Assembly: GCF_009834535.1 (NCBI RefSeq)
Contig: NC_045696.1
Location: 97,094,001 to 97,158,000 of the forward strand
Origin: Camelus ferus
Taxonomy: Eukaryota
Reading direction: 5' to 3'
DNA: 64,000 nucleotides
Shown here one piece after another: positions 11,778 through 24,260 of the stretch; positions within the stretch are counted from its first letter, which is position 1, and every line of letters begins with the position of its first letter. The notes under the pieces are model-generated. The model was not told the DNA's origin and searched no databases. It saw only the letters and a list, made by a program, of their open reading frames with translations. A program made the position numbers and the translations under genes.

Positions 11778-12001
11778 CAGTACCACCTCAACTTCCGCAC
11801 TTTTGACACATTGGGCCAGGTAATTCTTCGTGGTGGGGGCTGTCCTGTGCATCGGAGGAAGATCAGCAGCACCCCCGTCCTCTACCTTCTAGATGCCCAT
11901 AGCAACCACACACCCTCCCCAAGCCCTGACCATCAAAAATGTCTCCAGACGTGGCCGAATGTCCCCTGAGAGGCAAGAGCACTCTCAGTTGAGAACCACT
12001 G
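11778..12001. mobile_element. MER20 (hAT-Charlie MITE), full length
   Basis: cagtaccacctcaac...ggtaattcttcgtggtgggggctgtcctgtgcatc...aaaaatgtctccagac...gttgagaaccactg. Confidence 0.9.
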
Positions 12002-12604
12002 ATATACAGTGTTACATTCAATTTTTGGATTCACAATTTAAGAGGGTAACAGCCAAGCTAGAAAAATATTCCCTGAGGAGGGTAATGATTACCTTAAAGC
12101 ATTTATCAAAAATGCACAACATACAGAGCACATGTTGATAGGGAGCTTTTATGAGTAAAGTCCTTGGGCCTTGAGAGTCCTTTAAATGCTCCTCATTCAA
12201 TGTGGGATCCTTAATAATCAATTATTTGAAGAGCTCTTAATTGACCAAGGCTGTAGGCGTGGGGGTTACAGGAAGGTAGATTTCCGGATACAATGAAAGT
12301 TTTTCTTTTAGTTGCTCTTTTTTGAAAAATTAGGTATTATACTAGTGTACAAAGTGAAATGTTGGAGCTTCTCCCCTTTACCCCAATTCACTCCTTAGTG
12401 GTAACTACGTGTAATGGTTTGGGGAGAGTTTCCGAACCTCCCGCAGGTAAAATGGACTAATGTCAGAATGGTCACAGATGTCCTCCGTCTCCTGGCTTCT
12501 TAGAGTATCTGGAACGGCCACGTCAAACACTCCCCTCCTGCATCTCCTCCTCCTTCCTCCCTCTTTATGGAGAGTCTTTCTGTTGCATTCGTCCAAGACT
12601 TAAG

Positions 12605-12850
12605 ATTTTTTTTGACTGGGAAAATTTTATAATCTCCACAAAAGAAGAGAGAATCATTAAAAACAAACAAACCAAACAAAAAACCAAAAACCATGTACCC
12701 ATCATCCAAATTTAACAGGTGTTTTTGGTTTTTTTTTTTTTTTGCCATATTTATTTCCTTTATCCTTTTTTCTTTTCTGAAGAATTTAAAACAGATCTCA
12801 AACATCATGTTATTTCACTCCCACATACTTCAGTGTGTTTCTCAAAAATA
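12605..12850 (-). mobile_element. Old L1 (L1MC/L1ME-type) 3' fragment
   Basis: ccatgtacccatcatcca...cagatctcaaacatcatgttatttcactcccacatacttcagtgtg. Confidence 0.6.
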
Positions 12851-13795
12851 TATATAATTCTAAAACTTTTATGCTGTAGAATCGGAGGATGGACAGGGAA
12901 GGATGGAGCTGGGGAAAAGGACAAAACAAAACCAGGAGGAGGAGGGAAAGAAGTGGAAGAGGGGTGGGGAGAGGAAGAGATGGAAAGAATTTGTCAAAAT
13001 CAACATAGCAAGAGCTGCTGGGTTGGGATGAGGAGAAGGGGTTTGGGGGAGCTAGCTGAGAGGCTGGGAGAGTCTGAGGTTCATCAAAAAGATGAAGAAG
13101 AGACAAGGGGGTAGTAAAAAGATTGTTAAGGATTATATTTGATCACTCTTTCCTTCAAAAGATTCAAATATAGACTGAATTTTTAAAACTTAATTGTTTT
13201 CATATTTAAATGTTAAAAATATGACTCTGTTCTCAGTTTGAATCATGTGGGATTTGGCTCCACCAAGGCACATTTAATGTGTTAGTTTATCTTATTTAGA
13301 AAATGGAACACATGATTTTCACTCAATATAGTAGACATTTTGGAAAGACTAAAGGTTCTGAAGTTTCCCTCACAACGGGCCAGGCTCTCGTGTGAACCTT
13401 CTTGTTTAAATTCACGCACAGTAACTTTGAGATATAAGGGTTATAATTATTCCCATGTTACAGAAGGGGGCTGAAATGCCTTGTCCAAGGTCGCTGCTTT
13501 TGGTGACCCAAGTCCATCTCATTCCAAAGTGTGGTTCTCAGCTGCTCCTCCACACTGACTGCAGGAGGCTGTGACCCCCAGCCCTGGTGGGGGAGGCACC
13601 CATCTGATAGGCATGGAGAGTTGCATGGCTCCGTGCTGTTGGAAATCCCACCCCTACAAGCATGCATTACTTTCTCAGAGTCCCACAGGAGTTCCTGTAT
13701 TTATAATTTCCTGTAAAAATGCAAACTCTTCTTGGAAAAGCAGACCCAGTAAGATGAATTCCTTGCTCGTGAAATATGATGAACTGGAAGGGAAT

Positions 13796-14165
13796 TGTCT
13801 TAGTCTGTTCAGGTTGCTATAACAAACTGTCATACACTGGGTGGCTAAATAAACAACAGAAATTTCTTCCTCACTATTCTGGAGGCTGAAAGTCCGAGAT
13901 CAGGGTGCCAGCACGGCGGGGTTCCGGTGAGAGCCCTCTTCCCGCTGGGGACCGCCTGCTCCTTGTGTCTTCACATGGTGAAGAGAGAGCAAGCTAGCAC
14001 TGTGGGACCTCTTTTATAAGGACACTAATTTCACTCCTGGGGCTCCACCCTCATGACTTAACCCCCTTAACTCCTAACACCATCATAGTGCGGGTTAAGA
14101 TTTCCACATATGAATTTGGCTGCGGGGTGGGGCAAGGGGGAGACACAAACATTCAGTCCAGAGCA
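13796..14165 (-). mobile_element. MaLR solo LTR (MLT1A0-like)
   Basis: tgtcttagtctgttcaggttgctataacaaa...acacaaacattcagtccagagca; exact 5-bp TSD GGAAT at 13791-13795 and 14166-14170. Confidence 0.9.
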
Positions 14166-14184
14166 GGAATGAGGTGATCAGGGG

Positions 14185-14303
14185 CAGGAACTCTGGGCTC
14201 AGACAAAGCTGGCCTCAAATCCTGCCCCTACCCTTACAAGCTCTGGGACCCTGGGCAATTTGCTTAACTTCTCTAGGCCTCAGCTTTCTCCTTCATAAAG
14301 TAG
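14185..14303 (+). mobile_element. MIR SINE fragment
   Basis: gaccctgggcaatttgcttaacttctctaggcctcagctttctc. Confidence 0.7.
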
Positions 14304-15114
14304 CAGCTAGGACATGATTACAAGGGACAGAGGCAGGCAGAGGATGAGGGCAGAATACTAAGAGGGGAAATAATACGGAAAGGCAACAGTGTCAAAAATA
14401 AATGTCACCAGTTGGGCTGGTGTTGGCCTTTTGTTCTGCCTATATTGGAGGATTTCAGTCTATGCCCAACAAAGTCTATGTCGCAGTTTCTGAACAGTGT
14501 CCCTACCATCGATGTCAGCCCTTTGCACTAGACTTTGTGGGTGGAAGACACCTGCTGACGTGAAGAGGTGTGGAATGGCGCCTGGAGCCAGAACCATCTA
14601 TTGACAGAACACCATGTTAATGCAGGCTTGTAAAGAGTCAAGGACAGCACAGCCCACCTCATCATTGTTTAATATTATAAAACACAGCCAGGCTGTCTGC
14701 GTTGCAGAAGACCAACCGCAGAGGTGGGACTTTTGGTGCTAAAACTGGGACCACCCAGGACAAAGCAGGGTGAACTGGTCATCCTCCTTGCACGTCTCCG
14801 GGTGATCTTCACAAAGCTGTTTTTATGAACGATGCCCCTTGTGCAAGGCAGAGTTTGCATAACTACATACCAGTCCTGAAGAGGGTTATTTTTAAAAAAT
14901 CTTTCTGCTTAACATTAAAATTTTTGTGGACAGTTTGCGTTCTCAATGGTTAACTACAGATGCCTCCACAAATGAGAAAAGGCTAGAGAAACAAATAACA
15001 ACGTTATTTGGGGCTCTGTTTGGAGAAAAGGTCAGTCTTTTTTGGCTCTAAAAATAAATAAAATTACTTGGTCTCTAGTCGAACAATGAGGCCAGTTTTC
15101 CCGGCCTCAACCAC

Positions 15115-15600
15115 TTTTTTCCCTCAACATTTTCACACATATGGAAAAAGTGAACTAGTTAAAAAACAGCCATCTACACTCCACGTAGTTTTTAGCAATT
15201 GTTAACATATTGTCATATTTGTGTTCTCTCTCTCTCAATATATAACCACTCTCTCCTCTCTGTCTCTCTCTGTAGGTATGTAATTGTACCATATTTGAGT
15301 TCTTTCTTTCTATATGTGTGTGCATGAAAATACTTTAATATATTTTTATTCTTATTGATTTGAAGATAAGTTGCAGATATCATGACATTTCACCCCTAAA
15401 CACTTCATCTCACATCTCCAAATGCCATTATTGCACTTAAGAAAATTAACAATTCCATAAAATTATTTAATATTAATGTTTTCCAGTTGTACCCAAATTG
15501 ATACTTTTTATAGAAAATTGTATTATTGTCATTCATTAATGGATTTAATTTTTCCTTCTTCTCTTTAAGTCTTTTATTTTGCCAAATGCTATTCCCCATA
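15115..15600 (-). mobile_element. Old L1 (L1MC-type) 3' fragment
   Basis: tgaagataagttgcagatatcatgacatttcacccctaaacacttca. Confidence 0.6.
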
Positions 15601-15604
15601 GCAT

Positions 15605-15850
15605 CACTGGAACTAAGTGTCGATAAGACAAAGTTGAGTTAATTGCTTGCTGTGGTAAGGGAGAATGGTACCTTGACAGAGCCCAGCCGTATCTCAGAGG
15701 AGGAAGGGCATTTGGGATGTTCACTGAGACTTTGAAGTCTAATTTAAGGTGAGTCTTTTCATGGGAGGTGGGGGATCAGAAGTTGGGGGCATGGGGAGAA
15801 TTGAGTAGAGATCAAGATAGAATAGCTCCAGAACATCTCCAAGGTCTAAC
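15605..15850 (-). mobile_element. Old ERV LTR fragment (MER89/MER90-like)
   Basis: aagacaaagttgagttaattgcttgctgtggtaagggagaatggtaccttgacagag; similar to 59250-59690. Confidence 0.4.
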
Positions 15851-16234
15851 ACTCTGTGAATCATTATGCCATATTTTCTTACTCAAAAACACAAAGCAGG
15901 GCCAGCCCTGCATCAGAGGAGGCTGAAAAGCTTACTGATCCCCTGATCCTACCCCCAAATCTGCAGCGGCTTGGGGGTTTTACTAGGGGATGGGGGTTAG
16001 CTCTGAACGCCTGACTTCTAAGTGTAAGATGACTTCACTTACTGGCTGGGGATATTGAATGTGTTCAGGCTCTTTCTTCAGCCTGTAAAACTTTGATTTC
16101 AGCTTGGAGGAGGCAGCAGGGCAGCAGCCAGTGACTGAGGGACTGCCACTCCGGGACCGGTGCAGGAAAAGGAGGAAAGCGATCACCCTGCAAGTCCCAC
16201 ACCCAGGGTCAGAGTTTCAACACTTGAAAAGGAA

Positions 16235-17258
16235 TTTGTAATGAAATCAATATAAAATCAACTATATTTCTATACACTAGCAATGAACAATCTGAAAATG
16301 AAATTAGGAAAACAATTCTATTATAACAAAAAAGAAGCAGACTCACAGATATAGAGAACATACTAGTGGTTACCAGTCGGGAGAGGGAAGCAGGGAGGGG
16401 CAAGATGGGGTAGGGGAATAAGAGGTACAAATTATTGGGTGCAAGATAAGCTACAAGGATATATTGTACAACACAGGGAATATAGCCAACATTTTATAAA
16501 AACTACAAATGGAGTATAACCTTTAAAACTTTTGAATCACTGTATCATACACCTATAACTTATATAATATTATACAGCAACTGTACTTCATTATTTTTAC
16601 ATACTGCATTTTTTTTTTAAACAAGAGAAAACAATTCTATTAACAATAGAGTCAAAAAGAATAAAAGAAAATGGAATGGCTGTTCTTCAAAATAATTAAA
16701 TATAAAATTACCATATCAACCAGCAATTCCATTTCTAGGAATATACCCAAAAGAATTGAAAGCAGAAACTCTAACATGTATTTGTACACTCATGTTCACA
16801 GCAGCATTACTCCCCATAGCCAAAACATGGAAGCAAATCCAAGTGTCCACCGATGGATGTGTAGATAAACGGAATATGGTATATACTTGCAATGGAATAT
16901 TATTTGGCAAATGAAGTACTGATACATGCAACAACATGGGTGAACCTTGAAAACACTATGCTAAGTGAAAGAAGCCAGGCTCAAAAGGCCATATATTGTA
17001 TAATTCCTTTTATACAAGATCTGGAGAACTGGCAAATTCATAGAACTGAGAATGGACTAATGGTTGCAGGAGTCTCAGAGGAAAGAGTAGTGGGGAGTGA
17101 GTACTAATGGCATGGGGCTTCTTTGTCTGGTATGGACTGTTCTAGAATTAGATAATGGAGATTTCATAGTTCTGTGTATATGTTGAAATCCACTGAATCA
17201 TACACTTTAAAGTGGTGACTTTTATGGTATATGACTCATATCTCAATTTTTTGAGAAA
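16235..17258 (+). mobile_element. Old L1 (L1MB-type) with an internal deletion, interrupted by a younger L1
   Basis: An ORF2 piece (aaatcaactatatttctatacactagcaatgaacaatctgaaaatgaaatt) is joined to the ORF2 end and 3'UTR (ccagcaattccatttctagg...gctaagtgaaagaagccag). Confidence 0.85.
16324..16626 (+). mobile_element. Younger artiodactyl-type L1 3' end
   Basis: Exact 16-bp TSD gaaaacaattctatta at 16308-16323 and 16627-16642; L1 3'UTR acaaggatatattgtacaacacagggaatatagcc. Confidence 0.85.
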
Positions 17259-17461
17259 AGGACACTTGGAACAATCATGTGGCTTCTGTTGTCCAAATGA
17301 TTAGTGGATTGACGGGAACTGATGTAAGCTCTCTGGATTTCTCCTACTTGAACACAGCCTTCATATCTGTAGAGAAGACGTCCAAAGAATCATCCTTAAA
17401 ATTGTTGTCTCTGGATTGGGATTGGCTACAGAAAAAAGCCATCACACTGAAGCTGTGGTTT

Positions 17462-18302
17462 CTTTCTTTCTTTCTTTTTAATTGAAATTTAGTTGATTTG
17501 CAATGTTGTATTAGTTTCTGGTGTACAGCATAGTGGTTCAGTTTTACATATATATATTATATATATATTTATATATATATTCCTTTTTATGTTCTTTTTA
17601 TTATAGGCTATTACAATCTATTGAATATAGTTCTTTGTGCTATACAGTAGGACCTTGTTGTTTATCTATTTTATATATAGTAGTTTGTATCTGCCAATCC
17701 CAGACTCCTAATTTATCCCTCCCTCCTTCCCCTTTTGTTAACCATAAGTTTGTTTTCCATGTCTATAAATCTGTTTCTGTTTTGTAAATAAGCTCATTTG
17801 TATCATTTTTTTTAAGATTCTGCATATAAGTGATATCATATGATATTTGTCTTTCTCTGTCTGACTTACTTCACTTAGTATGATCATCTCTAGGTCCATC
17901 CATGTTGTTGCAGATGGCACTATTCTTTTTTTTTTTTTAACATTTTTTATTGATTTATAATCATTATACAATGTTGTGTCAAATTCCAGCATAGAGCACT
18001 ATTTTTCAGTTATACATGAACATATATATATTCATTGTCAGATTTTTTTCTCTGTGAGCTACCGTAAGATCTTGTGTGTATTCCCCTGTGCTATACAGTA
18101 TAATCTTGTTTATCTATTCTACAATTTTGAAATCCCACCTATCCCTTCCCATCTCCTGCCCCCTTGGCAACAGATGGCATTATTCTATTATTTTTATGGC
18201 TGAGTAGTATTCCATACTATACATATACCACAACATCTTTATCTATTCATCTGTCAATGGACATTTAGGTTGCTTCCATGTCTTGGGGATTGTAAATAGT
18301 AC
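17462..18302 (-). mobile_element. Artiodactyl-type L1 3' region (host of a nested L1)
   Basis: aattgaaatttagttgatttgcaatgttgtattagtttctggtgtacagc; ORF 17738-17992 gives ATTWMDLEMIILSEVSQTEKDKYHMISLIC. Confidence 0.9.
17927..18170 (-). mobile_element. Young camelid-type L1 3' end nested in L1
   Basis: Poly(T) plus acattttttattgatttataatc; TSD cagatggca(c/t)tattct at 17911-17926 and 18171-18186. Confidence 0.85.
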
Positions 18303-18899
18303 AAAGCAGTGATTTCTTAGTATAAACTTAAAATGGAAGTTAAAAGAGGGACTTGATTGGGGCAGCTTGGATTAGGTATGCAAACCCTGAGCCAAACACA
18401 CAATTGAGGGGCATGGGTGGTTGGAGCAGAAGGCGGAACTGCCACTGCCCCACCCCTGGGCCAGTGAGCTATGGCCAGAGCAGGGGTCCCCAGGCACAGT
18501 TATGGTTGTCCTGACTGCATGTATGTAGACAGGGGTGGACGAGGAGAGGGGGTCAGGCACAAGGTCGGGGGTGCTGGGAGACAGGGTAGTACCTGTGTGC
18601 CACATAAGCAAAGTTAGTTTGTAATCTCTAAGTCCTCTACAGCTTATTATAGAAGCTTTGGGCTAATCAATGGAGATAACTCAAGGGGTTAATCGAGGCC
18701 TGGCCCACCACAAGCCATTTGGATTTGCTGTCCCTCCTTCCAGAGTGAAAGACAACTCTGTCCAGGGCAGGAGAGAGAAGAGGAGGACTAACCCCTTCAT
18801 GAGCCTCCTGGATCCCATCCACCAACAATGAACTAAGAGGAATTGTGGGCTTTTTAGTTGCTCTGAATGAAACTGGTTTCAGTTAGTGAGGAAGAAAGG

Positions 18900-19350
18900 A
18901 AGAATGAAGATTGGAGAAGAAACTGATAGCCTCTGCCAAACCATTCAAATCAGCTATGTCATAATGGAAGGATCTGGGGGAGCCCCGAGGAGTTGGAGGG
19001 CAGGAAGCGTGGTCAGGCCTCCTAGGGGTGCGGGCAGTAACCAAGGACTATAGCTTATTGGGAACCCAGGCAGCCGCTCTGAGGGTCTCTTTCTGGGACT
19101 ACCATTCTTCACTCTGCATAATTACCTCCTACTTTTTCTTTCTCTCCCATCTGGCTCTTTGTGTCTCAGTGCACAAAGCAGAAGATGGTCTCTCCTTAGA
19201 TTCCCAAGTTCCTATGTCCTTTGCTCAAGGAGACTGTTGGAGACCACAGGGCTTTCTCTGAATACTCACCTCCAACTTCCCAGAAAAGAGAATCTGATTA
19301 TCCTGCTTTGGTTGGGGGTTACTCCTGGTCCGTTTATCTGGGGTCACAGG
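18900..19350 (-). mobile_element. Degenerate old MaLR LTR fragment (MLT1K-like)
   Basis: ttcccagaaaagagaatctgattatcctgctttggttgg...ctcctggtcc; weak similarity only. Confidence 0.35.
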
Positions 19351-19376
19351 GCCACAGTTCAGACATGTCTGCTAGA

Positions 19377-19379
<3 letters not shown>

Positions 19380-19419
<40 letters not shown>

Positions 19420-19447
19420 ATGTACGTGTATATGCATGTGTGTGTGT
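19380..19447. repeat. (TG)n microsatellite
   Basis: About 18 perfect TG units followed by an imperfect extension. Confidence 0.95.
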
Positions 19448-20571
19448 TTTGGGGTTAGGAGAGTAATTCTTATAGGAGCACTTAGCCAGAATGAGGGCTG
19501 TCTCCTGTGAGTAACCATAATATAGTAAAATGAACTTCTGTTTATAAAAATACAGATAATTGGAAAGTTCATATTACAAAAAGATCTACCTGATCCTGTG
19601 AAACCACTGAGGCCCTGCCAGGCCCTGAAATGCCATCTGAATCACCACATCAAGAGAAGGGTAGGTGGGATCCTATTTCGTTCTTCAGGGCTTTCTGCAT
19701 CACCCTGGAGTCATTACAAAAACCTGTCATTTATTTCTGAGCTGGGTGGGGATGCCCAGCTAACCAGAATATCCCGTTCTCCGGCTTGCCAAATAAATAG
19801 GGGTTTTCTGTCTTCCCTGGAGTCTGGAATGGTTTCAGTCAAATAGGCTCCACATTTCCATGAGTTTTAAGATGCTGAACATCGGCCAGCTCCACCCCAC
19901 CAAGTGTAATTGTTGACAGCTGTGTCTTGAAAAGGGTTTCTTTTGTTGCCCGTCCAGCTGAGTGAGCCGAATTGCTTCATTAACATTTAGGCCATGTTAC
20001 ACATTCAAGTGCTTATAAGGTATTTGGATTTCAGATGAGGTTTTTTTTTTTTAGTTCTTATTTCAAACATGACAGGCCTCCATTTTTGTAATGAGTTTTT
20101 GTGTGTGTGGGTGCTATTGAAAGCGGATTTGCATCTTTGGTTATTTGTCATGCAAAGATGTACAGAAATGATTGTTATGGGTTGACTCCGTTATTAGGGC
20201 CTTTTATATTTGGGAAGAGCAAATTTCAAATCATTCCTTAGAGCAGCAATGGCTGTTGGGGTTTCGCCACCCAAGAAGATAACGTCAGTTCCAAAGGGTG
20301 CTTGGCAGGGGGAGGGGAGACGCTCCCCTACAAAACTCACAGACTTCCCTAAGCCATCCCAAATGAATGTACAGATGAATTTAAGAAACAAACAAAAACA
20401 AAACCCCCCAAAACCCAGTGAACTTGCTATGAAAGTTCAGCTTCAAGATAAGTACCCTCACTACTCTTCTAAGGAAATGTATGCTGTGAACCACTTCTCT
20501 GTAGGAATTCAGGAGCTGTAGTAGCACACAGCACCTCCTCAGCTTGCGGCCCCAGGACAGGAGGAATTCCT

Positions 20572-21000
20572 TGTGGCATACACTAATTGCTGATCCAATA
20601 TCCATTCTTCCTTGCTAACCTCAGTCATCACAAGGGTGACAATGTGCTGCGCTAAAAGTGCTTGCTCCCCAGACTCCCTTGCAGCTACAGCTGGCTCATG
20701 TGACCCAAATCTTGCCAATGAAATGTAAGGGAAAGTCGTTGGATGAAAATTCCAGAACAGCTTCTCAAAACAAGCAGATTTGCCTGGCACCCTCATGGGC
20801 CATTTGCTACTGTCTTGAACACTGCTGTGATGGCTGGAGAGGCAGTGGTCATCCTGTGTGGAGTGGGAAGTTAGGAGCCCAGGTCCCTGCCGGCAGCCTG
20901 GAGAAGCTGTGCCTTTCCAGGATGCCCAGCTCTGCACCTCTGTTTTCCATTTAAGCTGCTAGACAGGGTTTTCTGTTATTTACAGTCAAATATATTCTTG
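20572..21000 (+). mobile_element. MaLR LTR (MLT1J-like)
   Basis: ctcccttgcagctacagctggctcatgtgacc...gccaatgaaatgtaag...tttaagctgct...gggttttctgttatttacag. Confidence 0.7.
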
Positions 21001-21049
21001 AGTAAACCCTCCACAGGGCACAGAAAAGGATTTGTTTCCTGGGTGAGGC

Positions 21050-21562
21050 CTATTCTGATTTTGTATTCCTGTGTAACAAATTACTCCAAAACATATGGCT
21101 TAAAGCAACAAATTTTATTATCTCAGGCAGCGTTAGTTGGCCAATGTTTCTGCTCCATAAAGCATCGACTGAGGTCACTGGGTCATACTCAGCTGGTGAA
21201 TGTGCTGGTCTGGAGGGTCCAAGACAACTTCATCCACATATCTGGTGGCTTCGGCAGGGAAGCCGGTAGAGCAGGGCTTGGTGGTTTCTCTCATTTGAAG
21301 CACTTACACATCGCTTCTCCATCATGATGATCTTAGGCTGATCAAGATATTCTGTGGTGGTTCAGGGCACCCAGAGAGATAAATTTCCAAATAGAAGTTT
21401 CTAGTTTCTCAAACCTGGGCCTGGCAATAGTCACTGCATCACTTCTAATGTATCCTATTGGTCAAAGTAGTGACAGAACTCAACTCGATTCTGGACCAAG
21501 GGGACTTAGACCTACCTCCTGACTGGAATGTTGTCAAAAAACGTGTGGTCCATTGTCCACCA
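21050..21562 (-). mobile_element. MaLR LTR (MLT1G/H-like)
   Basis: tgtgtaacaaattactccaaaac...ggtctggagggtccaagac...catcacttctaatgtatcctattggtcaaagtag. Confidence 0.75.
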
Positions 21563-21792
21563 AAGGACAATGAGCTACGAGATTACTTTGACAAAGTCTG
21601 GTCCACACGCCTAGAATAGGCAGGTTTGCCTCTGAGAATAGGCCATCACTCTCTGATGTCCGCCAGGTGTACAGATTGTCCACTAGGTGTCAGAAACTAG
21701 TCCAGTCCCCGGATGTAGTGGGTAAACACAACTGAGGTTCTTACTGAACATACAAGAAGAGATACAGGACATATTTAAAAATGTGTGGTTAC

Positions 21793-22306
21793 TGTGATGG
21801 TTGATTTTATGTGTCAGCTTGATTGGGCTAAGGGATACTCGGAGAGCTGACAGGACGTTCTTCCTGGTGGTGTTTGTGAGGATGTCTCTGGAAGACATCT
21901 GCACTGAGTCAGCAGACTGAGTAAAGAAGATCGCCTTCATCAGTGAGGGTGGGCACGTGCAATCCAGCGAGGGCCTGGATGGAGCAAAAAGGATGGAGGA
22001 AGGGTGAATTTGCCCTGCCTGCTTGGGCTGAGGCCTCATTCTTCTTCTGACCTTGGATGTGCTCCTGGTTCTAGGGCTCTCAGACTTGGACTGGGACTTA
22101 CACTATTGGCTCCCCTGGTTCTTAAGCCCTCAGATTTGAACTGGAACTACACTCCCAGACTTCCTGGGCCTCCAGCTGTGCACAGCAGATCGTGAGATTC
22201 TCCTTCTCCAATCACATAAGCCAATCCCTCATAATAATTTTTTTTTTTCCGTATAACTGTATATGTCCTATTGGTTCTGTTCCTCTAGACAACCCTGACT
22301 AGCCCA
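21793..22306 (+). mobile_element. ERVL solo LTR (MLT2B-like)
   Basis: tgtgatggttgattttatgtgtcagcttgattgggctaaggga...cctattggttctgttcctctagacaaccctgact; near-TSD gttac/gtgac. Confidence 0.9.
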
Positions 22307-23178
22307 GTGACCTAAATGGCTGCTCTTTATATAAAGCTCCTCGCGCACAGATGAAGAGTTCAGGGTTTCCACATTCAGCTTGGTGCTAAGGGTCTGTGTG
22401 ACCATGAAAAAGTCCCAGCCACACCTTTAGACTTCAGTTTCATCATCATTAAAATGATAAGACTGGGTTTCCTAATGCCTGAGGTCTCCCGCTCCCGGTA
22501 AATGTTATGGGTTTAGGCAATCACTGTTTATGATTATGAAAAGAGCTGGAGTCATGATTCCTTTCCTTAATTTTTAAAAATAACATGCCTTTTCTGTCAT
22601 CAAATTCCACTGCACTTTTCTTCCACAGACTTAGTTCATTTATGGCTCAGACCTCAGAGACAGCTCAGGGTAAAGGCAATATTTTTGTGAAAATTAAATC
22701 TTCCCAGCTAATTTGATTTCCCTGACTTTCCCTGAGAACTTGGTCTTTCCAAACTTTCCCTGCTGTTCTCTTTTTAAAATTATAATATAAACTGTTTCCA
22801 TTGTCATTGGAACATGACAGCAGACTCAGGATGGCCAAATGTTCCAGGGTTTACTGGGTTCCTGAACCACAAGGGAATCTGAGAAGTCATAATAACAAAG
22901 GGAATGAACAAGAGCCTGAGAGGGAGTAATTTGGGGTTTCAGTTAAGAAGAGGGGACCATTCCTGATTGACAGATGAATGCCTAGAAGTGTAGCATTGAA
23001 CTTGGTGGTGGGAGAACAACTATAGTTACTTCCTTCAGGGAATTTCTTTCTTTTTTCCACCTCAAAGATGTGTAGTAGTAATATGAATTTGATCCCACAG
23101 ATATTGGGGCATATCTAATGAATCTGTGGAACACCTACATGACTCAGAGCACCACGGTGAGTCTTGAGGATTTGAGAG

Positions 23179-23637
23179 TGTCAGAAAAACCAGAGCTGGA
23201 CAGTAGTTAAAGTAGTAAAAACCAGCTTATTCACGGCTATTACAATAGGGGGAGAAAAGGGCTCAGTATAGAACTGTGCTCAATTCTGTATACAGCACGG
23301 GCGAGCAGGAAGTTAGAGCCAAGGAGCAGAGTGGGAGTCAATGGATGAAAAATCACTTAGAAGAAACATCAGGGGTAAAGGGAATTCTGGAGAAACTGAC
23401 TTAACAGGATTGTTGCTGAAGACAAGCCAGCGTGATCGGACATCATCTGAGGGTGGGTGGAGGCTGAGGAACCTCAGTAGATACTCAGAGTGGCCAGACC
23501 TGAAACATGGGAGTTCTCGGGAAAATGGCTTGGCAGGGTTCTTGCTAAAGTTGGATTTTATAAGGAAGTGCACAGATGGGACTAGGAGAAGGTTCAGGAA
23601 CCTGACTAAAGTTTGGTCAAGCAAAGAATCTTTGTCA
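23179..23637 (-). mobile_element. ERV1 solo LTR (MER31B-like)
   Basis: Minus strand begins TGACAAAGATTCTTTGCTTGACCAAACTTTAGTCAGG; 4-bp TSD AGAG at 23175-23178 and 23638-23641. Confidence 0.85.
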
Positions 23638-24059
23638 AGAGGTAGAAAAACCTGAATGTGTTTCTGAGGGACAAAAATGTGTATGACTTTGCTTTGACAG
23701 TATTTAGGGGAAATCTACTAATTCTAATTATGTTATGTGTATGTTATGTGGGTTTCTAGAAGAAAAATATCTGTACTATATGATTTCTACTATTGTATTA
23801 ATACAATGTACTACTATGTAAGGTCTGCAATTGTTTTGGGAAATAAATGCTGTAAGACCTCCCTGTAACTCTATCTTTGGGATCCATTCAAGGAGAAAGC
23901 CTTATAAAATAAGACTATTTTGTATGGAGGTCTTTGTGATTGATAAGTAACTATTCTCCTTTGAATTAGCAAGAGAGATTCAATGCACACAAAATGGCAC
24001 TTCGTAGTGAATGGTTTTATACTGAAGACTCACTCAATAATAAGAATGTAATAATCAGG

Positions 24060-24260
24060 ATATTTATCAATAGCCGTATACAACAGTGCCAGACACTGTC
24101 CTAGAAGCCTCTCCAAACATTGCTTATAATCCTCACACCTGCCCTGGAAGTTCTCCATCTGGAAAGACTGAGGTTCAGGGAGCTTGAGTTTTCACACTGG
24201 TTGAGTGGTGGGGCTGGAATTCTAACCCAGCGATGTCTGTTGCCAAAGCCCAAGCTTTTT
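24060..24260 (-). mobile_element. MIR SINE
   Basis: gtgccagacactgtcctag...gactgaggttcaggga...gagtggtggggctggaattctaacccag. Confidence 0.7.

Noticed and set aside
12405..12596. 63-aa minus-strand ORF near the CpG island
   Set aside because: No convincing splice sites or ATG start, and no recognisable homology.
11492..13269. Identical 16-mer ttggctccaccaaggc at 11492 and 13254
   Set aside because: A single 16-mer match somewhere in 64 kb is expected by chance, and the enclosed DNA is not one element.
16324..17800. Inverted pair of L1 3' ends as a dsRNA hairpin
   Set aside because: They belong to different subfamilies and look too diverged for a stable duplex.
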